This document shows positions 17,297 through 24,000 of a DNA stretch of 24,000 nucleotides, piece by piece. The position numbers and the translations under genes were made by a program. The DNA lies in NCBI GenBank assembly GCA_949948985.1, contig CATLIG010000002.1:24275-48274 (forward strand). Reading direction: 5' to 3'. How positions within the stretch are numbered: the first letter of the stretch is position 1; each line of letters begins with the position of its first letter. Below the pieces are notes generated by a model. The model saw only the letters and a list, made by a program, of their open reading frames with translations. It was not told the DNA's origin and did not search any database. Source of the stretch: an uncultured Clostridia bacterium (GTDB taxonomy: Bacteria > Bacillota > Clostridia > Lachnospirales > CAG-274).

Positions 17297-18448
17297 ATGG
17301 ATTATGGTATAGATTTTAACGGACTTGATACACCATGTTACATAGTTGATGAAAGTTTACTTATTAAAAACCTTGAGATTCTGAAATCTGTAGAGAATAG
17401 AACAGGCTGTCATATTTTACTCGCTCAAAAGGGTTTTTCAATGTACATTGTTTATCCTCTTATTGGCAAGTATTTAAGCGGAGTCACGTCAAGCTCTCTT
17501 TTTGAGGCAAGACTTGGTTTTGAGGAAATGGGCAAGGAAGTGCATATTTATTCTCCGGCTTACAAAGAAAGTGAATTTGACGAGATTCTGAAATATTGCG
17601 GACACATTGTTTTTAATTCTTTTTCACAGTTTCAAAAATATAAAAAAAGAATTCAAAGTTTTGAAAAGAAAATTGAGATTGGTATAAGGGTAAATCCTGA
17701 ATATTCAGAGATAGAAACAGACATTTATAATCCTTGTTCTGAAAACTCAAGGATGGGAGTTACTTTGAAAAATTTTCAGAAAGATGTAGATATTTATGGT
17801 ATGGAGGGTATTGACGGTATCCATTTTCATACTATGTGCGAACAAAATTCAGATACGTTGGAAAGAACAATTAAAGTTATTGATGAAAAATTTGGAGAGT
17901 ATTTAAGTCAGGTTAAATGGGTAAATTTTGGCGGCGGACACCACATTACAAGAAAAGACTATGATATAGAAAAGCTTATTGACTGTATTTTATTTATAAA
18001 AAATAAATACAATGTAGATATATACCTTGAACCAGGAGAGGCGGTAGCTCTTAATACTGGCTTTTTAGTATCAGCGGTTTTGGATACTATGAAAAATGGT
18101 ATGGATATTGCCATATTAGACACATCTGCCGCCTGTCATATGCCAGATGTCCTTGAAATGCCATACAGACCTGAAATTATCAGGGGGGGCAAGCCATATG
18201 AAAAAAAATACACGTATCGTCTTGGCAGCGCTACTTGTCTTTCAGGAGATATTATAGGAGATTATTCATTTGATAGACCTCTTTATGAGGGGGACAAACT
18301 TGTATTTTGTGACATGGCGCATTATTCTATGGTTAAAAATAATACTTTTAACGGGATTAATCTTCCTGACATTGTTCTTTATACAAAGAATGGTGAATTT
18401 AAGGTTATAAAAAAATTTGGCTTTGAGGATTTTAAATCAAGGCTTTAA
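17297..18448 (+). CDS. nspC: Carboxy(nor)spermidine decarboxylase
   Basis: TPCYIVDESLL N-terminus, the VNFGGGHH motif typical of NspC-type rather than LysA-type fold-III decarboxylases, and a length of 383 aa. Confidence 0.88.
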   Translation: MDYGIDFNGLDTPCYIVDESLLIKNLEILKSVENRTGCHILLAQKGFSMYIVYPLIGKYLSGVTSSSLFEARLGFEEMGKEVHIYSPAYKESEFDEILKYCGHIVFNSFSQFQKYKKRIQSFEKKIEIGIRVNPEYSEIETDIYNPCSENSRMGVTLKNFQKDVDIYGMEGIDGIHFHTMCEQNSDTLERTIKVIDEKFGEYLSQVKWVNFGGGHHITRKDYDIEKLIDCILFIKNKYNVDIYLEPGEAVALNTGFLVSAVLDTMKNGMDIAILDTSAACHMPDVLEMPYRPEIIRGGKPYEKKYTYRLGSATCLSGDIIGDYSFDRPLYEGDKLVFCDMAHYSMVKNNTFNGINLPDIVLYTKNGEFKVIKKFGFEDFKSRL

Positions 18449-18479
18449 TTAAAAAATTATTATTAAGGAGGAAATTTTT

Positions 18480-20546
18480 ATGAAAAAATTAATCAGCACA
18501 TTACTATCGGTTGTTATGATTTTTGGAATGTACCCTTCGGTTTTTGCGGACGATATTCCAGACGGGCTTAAATCTGTTATTACTTCTGTAAAACAAAAGA
18601 TTGATATCCCCAACGAGTATTCAGAGTTTGATTATTCTATAGAAGAATATGATAATAAAAAAGAATACAATCTTGAATGGAGTAAAAAGAAAGATGAAAG
18701 TGAAAAGGATAAGGATTATTATGAAGGCCCTATCAACATTATCGCTGATGAAAACGGAAATATAAGAAGATATTATACATATGATACAGGCGAAGAGGGC
18801 TCTATTTCAAATGTGAAAACAAGAGAGGAATGTGTAAAAGCCTCTGAGGATTTTATGAAAAAAGTTTTGCCTGATACTTATTCCGAATTTAGGCTTGATG
18901 AAGAAGAAAATTCAAATGGATACGATGTTGTTTTTAAAAGATATAAAAATGACGTTCCTGTTGATTTTAACGATATATATATTGACATAAACAAATCTAC
19001 TCTTAAAGTCAGAGAATTTAATTATATGAATTCAGAATATACAAACGAGAGTTTTGAATCAACTGACGGTATTATATCTGAAGACGATGCTGTCAAAGCA
19101 TATCTTGAAAAAGTTGAATATAATCCTGAATATTATTTTAATTATGATTTCAAAACAGGAGAGAAGAAAGTTTTTCTTGCTTACCGTAAACACGCTTTTT
19201 ATAACAAAAGTGTAAACGCTAAGACGGGAGATATAGAAGATATAAGTATATACGGTGAAATTGTAAGATATTCAAACTCAACAAAGGAAGCGGCAATGGA
19301 TAATGCGGGAGGAGTAGAAGAAGAACTTTCAGCCGCTGAGATAGAAAAAATAAATTCCTCTGAAAATATTATATCAAAAGAAGAGGCTATAGAAGAGATA
19401 AACAGAGTTATTCCGGAAAATATAAAATTTGAGAAGCTTAACTATTCAGCTCTTTCAAAGGACAGAATAGACAATAATAAATACAGATGGGTGTTTAACT
19501 ATGACAACGGCAGTGCGTCTATTGACGCTAAAACAAAAGAAATTATAAATTTTCAATTTTATGACGGACACGATTATAAAAATTCGCCTAAAAAAGAAAT
19601 TCCCGAAGAAAGAAAAACAGCGGCTGAGGATTTTATTAAGAAAATGGCTCCGGACAAATTTGACTCTGTTGAATTGTATAAACCGGATTCAACAGACATA
19701 AGTATTATATTTGTAAGAAAAGTAAACGGATATAGTTTTCCGGAAAATAATATAGCTGTTGAGTTTGACGATAACGGAAATATTATATCATATATATGCT
19801 ATTGGTATGATTCAGTTGAATTTCCAAAGCCTGAGAGTGTCATAAGCAAAGAGGAAGCTTTTAATAAAGTAAGAAAAACAGGCGGACTTGGAGTTTCTTA
19901 TAATTTTATAAGCGGTGAAGACGAGGCTGAACTGTATAGATCTGTTGAGGCGCCTGTGTTTGAAGATAAAAAAAGAATTATCGCTTTGGTATATTCATTC
20001 AGAGAAATTGGAAACTCTCCGTCTTATATTGACGCGCAGTCAGGAAAAGAACTTGACTACAACGGAGAGGAATTTAAGGAAGGTTTCAGTGTGCCTAAAA
20101 ACTATCCCGATATTTCCGGTCACTGGTGTGAGGAATATGTAAATAAGCTTAAGGAATATGGTCTTTATGTTAAACGTGAAATGTTTTTGCCTGATGAAAA
20201 AATTACGAAAGATGGATTTTTAGAATACTATCAGACAGGTCTGACAGATAAATACAGAAATGCTTTTACTGAAAACAGCGAGTATATTACAAGACGTGAA
20301 ATATGCTCTGTTATAAGCGAGCTTTTGGGATATGGTATTCTTACGAACAAAAACATATTTAAAAACCCATTTTCTGATGTGAATGAAAATGATGAGAATT
20401 TTGGAGGTATTGCGGCAGCGAACGCTTTAAACATTATTACAGCGGATTCTGACGGAAATTTCTATCCTGACAGAGAAATTACAAACGCAGAGGCAGCGAA
20501 AATTATTTATACTCTTGAGGAATTAAGATATAAAAGATATGAATAG
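18480..20546 (+). CDS. Secreted cell-surface protein with repeated PepSY/YcdB-like modules and C-terminal SLH domains
   Basis: Signal peptide MKKLISTLLSVVMIFGMYPSVFA|DD. C-terminal SLH-like segments (ISGHWCEEYVNKLKEYGL; FSDV...GGIAAANALNIITADSDGNFYPDREITNAEAAKIIY). It starts only 31 nt after nspC and has an AAGGAGG RBS. Confidence 0.75.
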   Translation: MKKLISTLLSVVMIFGMYPSVFADDIPDGLKSVITSVKQKIDIPNEYSEFDYSIEEYDNKKEYNLEWSKKKDESEKDKDYYEGPINIIADENGNIRRYYTYDTGEEGSISNVKTREECVKASEDFMKKVLPDTYSEFRLDEEENSNGYDVVFKRYKNDVPVDFNDIYIDINKSTLKVREFNYMNSEYTNESFESTDGIISEDDAVKAYLEKVEYNPEYYFNYDFKTGEKKVFLAYRKHAFYNKSVNAKTGDIEDISIYGEIVRYSNSTKEAAMDNAGGVEEELSAAEIEKINSSENIISKEEAIEEINRVIPENIKFEKLNYSALSKDRIDNNKYRWVFNYDNGSASIDAKTKEIINFQFYDGHDYKNSPKKEIPEERKTAAEDFIKKMAPDKFDSVELYKPDSTDISIIFVRKVNGYSFPENNIAVEFDDNGNIISYICYWYDSVEFPKPESVISKEEAFNKVRKTGGLGVSYNFISGEDEAELYRSVEAPVFEDKKRIIALVYSFREIGNSPSYIDAQSGKELDYNGEEFKEGFSVPKNYPDISGHWCEEYVNKLKEYGLYVKREMFLPDEKITKDGFLEYYQTGLTDKYRNAFTENSEYITRREICSVISELLGYGILTNKNIFKNPFSDVNENDENFGGIAAANALNIITADSDGNFYPDREITNAEAAKIIYTLEELRYKRYE

Positions 20547-20556
20547 ACCTTTTTTC

Positions 20557-20709
20557 TTACTTACAGTAATTCCAGAATAAACATAGGATAGAAAATAATA
20601 TTTTATTTAACATTTCTTAACGCTTTCGGCGTTTAAAAAAGAAAACGTCTTTCGCTAAAATTTTGAACAAAATATCCTTTTCTGTCTATACTGGAATTGA
20701 TGTATGTAA
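20557..20709. repeat. ~150-bp element bounded by imperfect inverted repeats (MITE-like), related to the 17034-17114 hairpin
   Basis: The left end TTACTTACAGTAATTCCAGAATAAACA and the right end TGTCTATACTGGAATTGATGTATGTAA are about 23/28 complementary. The core TTACAGTAATTCC / GGAATTGATGTA matches the inner stem of the 17054-17088 element. Confidence 0.6.
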
Positions 20710-20782
20710 TTGCTGTTATTATGCGGTTTTAAAAAATTTTTGATGATAAAATTTTCTGTATAAAATAATTTTACAAAAAATG

Positions 20783-20811
20783 TTGTAATTTTATTTGATT
20801 TAATATATAAT
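20783..20811 (+). promoter_or_regulatory. Possible glgP promoter
   Basis: TTGTAA, a 17-nt spacer, then TATAAT. The region is very AT-rich, so alternative hexamers exist. Confidence 0.3.
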
Positions 20812-21042
20812 ATTTGGTATTATATATATGTTGTTTATATACTATGCTAAAAGGCAGACAATAGAATACGCGGAGGATGATTTTTTTCTTCTAATCCTCT
20901 TATATACATAAAATAAGAGGTTAAATTTATATATAATCTTATTATTGGTATTATTTTATTGTTTTGGGCGTAAGCTACAGTAATATATTATTATCGGCTT
21001 ATTTAATATAGTATAAAAATGTTTATGGGAGGAATTTAAAAA

Positions 21043-23490
21043 ATGACTATTGATAAGGAAACCTTTAAAAAACAGCTTTTTGAGAATGTCAAGGTTCTTT
21101 CAAGAAAAACTATTGAAACAGCTACAGAAGAGCAGGTTTATGAGGCTTTAGTATTTACAGTAAGAGATTATGTTACTGACAGATGGATTAAAACTCAAGA
21201 AAAATATCAAAAAGACGATGTTAAAATTGTTTATTATCTTTCAATGGAATTTCTTATGGGAAGATTTTTAGGAAACACTATTTTAAATCTCTCTATTATT
21301 GATGAAATTAAAGAAATTCTTGATGAACTTAATATTGATTACAATAAACTTGAAGATCAGGAAAAAGACCCAGGTCTTGGAAACGGCGGTCTTGGACGTC
21401 TTGCTGCGTGTTTCCTTGATTCACTTTCAACATTGCAGTTTCCCGCTTACGGCTGTGGAATAAGATACCACTATGGTATTTTTGAACAGAAAATTGAAAA
21501 CGGATATCAGGTTGAAAAAGTTGATAACTGGCTTGAAAAAGGCGACGGCTGGGGAGTTAAACGTTCAGAGTATTCTGCTGAGGTTAAATTTATGGGTAAT
21601 GTTAAGGCCGTTAAAAAAGCTGACGGAACTTATAAATTTGAACAGGAAAACTATCAGTCTGTTATTGCTGTTCCTTATGACTATCCTGTTGTAGGATATA
21701 ACAATAATACTGTAAATACATTGAGATTGTGGGACGCTGAGGCAAAAAATAAATTTGACCTTCAGTCATTTAATCAGGGAAATTACTCAAAAGCTGTTGA
21801 GGAAAGTAACCTCGCTAAAATTTTATCAGAGGTACTTTATCCTGCTGACGAACATTATCAAGGAAAAGAATTAAGGCTTAAACAGCAATATTTCTTTATT
21901 TCCGCTACATTACAGAGAATTATCAACAGATTTAAAGAAAAACACGATGATTTTTCACTTCTTCCTGATAAAATCGCTTTACAGCTTAATGATACTCACC
22001 CAAGTATGGCTGTAGCGGAGCTTATGCGTATTTTAGTCGATGAAAATGACCTTGACTGGGATACAGCTTGGGAAATTACAGTTAAATGCTGTGCTTACAC
22101 TAATCATACAATTATGGCCGAAGCACTTGAAAAATGGCCTATTGAGCTTTTCTCAAGAGTTCTTCCTCGTATTTATATGATTATTGAGGAAATAAATAAA
22201 AGATACTGCCAGCTCCTTATTAACAGATTTGGAAATAATCCTGAAAAAATTACAAAAATGGCTATTGTCGCTGACGGACAAATCAGAATGGCTCACCTCG
22301 CTATGGTGGGAAGTCACTCTATAAACGGTGTTGCCGCTTTGCACACTGAAATTCTTAAAAATCAGGAGCTTAAAGATTTTTATGATATTTATCCTGAAAA
22401 ATTCAATAACAAAACAAATGGTATTACTCAGAGAAGATGGCTTGGTCACGCTAATCCAGAACTTGCTAAACTTGCCACGGAAACCATTGGAGATGGCTGG
22501 TATACTAATTTGAGCGAACTTGAAAAACTTGTTCCTTATGCTGATGATGATGAGTTCTGCAAGAAATTTATGGAGATAAAACATCAAAATAAAGTTCAGC
22601 TTGCTAATTACTTTAAATCAACTATGGGAATTGATGTTAATCCGGATTCTATTTTTGATGTACAGATAAAACGTCTTCACGAATATAAACGTCAGCTCCT
22701 TAATATTTTACACGTTTTAAGTCTTTACAACAAAATTAAGGAAAACCCGGCTATTGATATTGTTCCTAGAACATTTATTTTTGCCGCTAAAGCCGCAGCG
22801 GGATATAAAAGGGCTAAGCTTATTATTAAACTTATTAACTCTGTAGCCGACCTCGTAAACAATGATAAATCAATCGATGGTAAAATTAAAGTTATCTTCG
22901 CTGAAAATTATCGTGTTTCTTTAGCTGAAAAACTTATTCCGGCGGCAGATGTAAGCGAACAGATTTCTACAGCAAGTAAAGAGGCGTCAGGTACAGGAAA
23001 TATGAAATTTATGTTAAACGGCGCTATAACATTAGGTACTCTTGACGGCGCTAATGTGGAAATAAGAGAAGAAGTGGGCGATGACAACATATTTATTTTT
23101 GGTCTTAAATCAGACGAGGTTATTAATCTCCAAACAAACGGAGGATATAATCCATGGTTTGTATATAATATGAATCAAGATGTAAGAAAAGCCCTTACTC
23201 AGCTTATTAATGGTACTCTTGACGAGAATAGAGAGCTGTTCAGAGAAATTTATGAGGTTCTCCTTAATGGATACGGCGGTTCAAGAGCTGATGAGTACTT
23301 TATTCTTCAGGACTTTGAGGAATACACTAAAGCTCAGATGGAAATTGACAAGGCATATAAAGACAAAAAGAAATGGGCTAAAATGGCAGTTCTTAACACT
23401 GCTAAAAGCGGTAAATTCTCAAGTGACAGAACTATTAAAGAATATGCTGATGAAATTTGGAACATTAAGCCTGTTGAAATTAAAATGTAA
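21043..23490 (+). CDS. glgP: Glycogen/starch/alpha-glucan phosphorylase (GT35)
   Basis: LGNGGLGRLAACFLDS, the EASGTGNMKFMLNGA PLP-lysine motif, and a length of 815 aa. GGGAGG RBS. Confidence 0.96.
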   Translation: MTIDKETFKKQLFENVKVLSRKTIETATEEQVYEALVFTVRDYVTDRWIKTQEKYQKDDVKIVYYLSMEFLMGRFLGNTILNLSIIDEIKEILDELNIDYNKLEDQEKDPGLGNGGLGRLAACFLDSLSTLQFPAYGCGIRYHYGIFEQKIENGYQVEKVDNWLEKGDGWGVKRSEYSAEVKFMGNVKAVKKADGTYKFEQENYQSVIAVPYDYPVVGYNNNTVNTLRLWDAEAKNKFDLQSFNQGNYSKAVEESNLAKILSEVLYPADEHYQGKELRLKQQYFFISATLQRIINRFKEKHDDFSLLPDKIALQLNDTHPSMAVAELMRILVDENDLDWDTAWEITVKCCAYTNHTIMAEALEKWPIELFSRVLPRIYMIIEEINKRYCQLLINRFGNNPEKITKMAIVADGQIRMAHLAMVGSHSINGVAALHTEILKNQELKDFYDIYPEKFNNKTNGITQRRWLGHANPELAKLATETIGDGWYTNLSELEKLVPYADDDEFCKKFMEIKHQNKVQLANYFKSTMGIDVNPDSIFDVQIKRLHEYKRQLLNILHVLSLYNKIKENPAIDIVPRTFIFAAKAAAGYKRAKLIIKLINSVADLVNNDKSIDGKIKVIFAENYRVSLAEKLIPAADVSEQISTASKEASGTGNMKFMLNGAITLGTLDGANVEIREEVGDDNIFIFGLKSDEVINLQTNGGYNPWFVYNMNQDVRKALTQLINGTLDENRELFREIYEVLLNGYGGSRADEYFILQDFEEYTKAQMEIDKAYKDKKKWAKMAVLNTAKSGKFSSDRTIKEYADEIWNIKPVEIKM

Positions 23491-23529
23491 TTTTATGAAT
23501 TAATATTTAAAATATTTTTAGTAAGTTAT

Positions 23530-23570
23530 AAAAGGCTGTCACGCTGAGAAATTAGTGTGACAGCCTTTTA
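23530..23570. terminator. Bidirectional rho-independent terminator between glgP and rsfS
   Basis: AAAAGGCTGTCAC...GTGACAGCCTTTT: a 13-bp stem with an A-run on the 5' side and a T-run on the 3' side, lying between convergent genes. Confidence 0.85.
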
Positions 23571-23624
23571 TACAGAGATATTTGATTTTTATTTATTATA
23601 TCTATTGACTATAACTGAAAGTAC

Positions 23625-23984
23625 TTAATTCGCAAGCATTTCAGGTGTTATAAATTTAGCATCTCCCCATATTCTTTCAATATTATAAAACTCTCTGTCC
23701 TCTTTATTAAAAAGATGTACGACTATATCGCCGAAGTCAAGAAGAATCCATGTTTTTGTCTGAAATCCCTCTGAGTGATTTAAACGAAAGCCGACTTTAT
23801 ACAATTCTTCTTCTACAGCGTCTGCCATAGCTTTAAGCTGAGTCGGGCTGTTTCCTCCGGCAATTACAAAATAATCGGAAATTACGGATATTTCCCTTAT
23901 GTCTAGAATATTTATATCTGTTCCCTTTTTATCATCAAGCGCTTTATAAGCCGCTTTTACTCCATCAAATGAATCTGTCTGCAA
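23625..23984 (-). CDS. rsfS: Ribosome silencing factor RsfS (Iojap family)
   Basis: DINILDIREISVISDYFVIAGGNS and WILLDFGDIVVHLF blocks, 119 aa. TTG start, with AGGAGG 8 nt upstream on the - strand. Confidence 0.9.
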   Translation of the reverse strand: MQTDSFDGVKAAYKALDDKKGTDINILDIREISVISDYFVIAGGNSPTQLKAMADAVEEELYKVGFRLNHSEGFQTKTWILLDFGDIVVHLFNKEDREFYNIERIWGDAKFITPEMLAN

Positions 23985-24000
23985 AATCTTTTCCTCCTTA

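Noticed and set aside
20877-20894. Mini-ORF ATG ATT TTT TTC TTC TAA (MIFFF) just before the alternative hairpins upstream of glgP, reminiscent of a Phe-type attenuation leader peptide
   Set aside because: The GGAGG abuts the ATG directly, leaving no spacer for initiation. The Phe codons are simply a T-run, and glgP has no link to phenylalanine supply.
22153-22587. A 144-aa ORF on the - strand inside glgP
   Set aside because: It is antisense to a full-length glycogen phosphorylase, with no RBS and no recognisable family. It is a shadow ORF. The same reasoning applies to the other short overlapping ORFs in the track.
23601-23616. ATTGACTATAAC near the rsfS stop, matching the right arm and flank of the 4771-4847 inverted repeat
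   Set aside because: Only 12 contiguous nt match and there is no inverted partner nearby. By eye this cannot be distinguished from chance.

Overview
This window looks like an AT-rich chromosomal core region of a Bacillota (Clostridia-like) genome. The taxonomic guess rests on protein sequences, AGGAGG-type ribosome-binding sites (RBS), a CIRCE operator and an SLH (S-layer homology) protein, and was not checked against any database. All genes but one are on the + strand. In order: a 5'-truncated LCP (LytR-CpsA-Psr) envelope protein translationally coupled to two FAD flavoproteins; a small hypothetical protein; htpG preceded by a perfect CIRCE (HrcA) operator; the str operon rpsL-rpsG-fusA-tuf; a small lipoprotein; a polyamine cluster; a large secreted SLH-domain protein; glgP; and a convergent rsfS on the - strand. 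The polyamine cluster holds a long E. coli-type speD, a PLP-dependent Arg/Lys/Orn decarboxylase, speE, a carboxy(nor)spermidine dehydrogenase and a carboxy(nor)spermidine decarboxylase. I found no rRNA or tRNA genes, CRISPR arrays, transposases, integrases, phage genes, restriction-modification, toxin-antitoxin or recognisable defence genes. I do not see a convincing novel multi-gene system here. The points most worth a second look are: (1) two complete, normally alternative, spermidine routes sitting side by side, with an SLH surface protein apparently co-transcribed; (2) two families of small intergenic repeats, a ~113-nt AT-rich repeat in two copies and a TTACAGYAATTCC inverted-repeat family in two copies; (3) CIRCE control of htpG with unusual geometry; (4) an unusually long, hairpin-rich rpsL-rpsG spacer. 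All coordinates and alignments were derived by eye from the sequence, and no searches were run.
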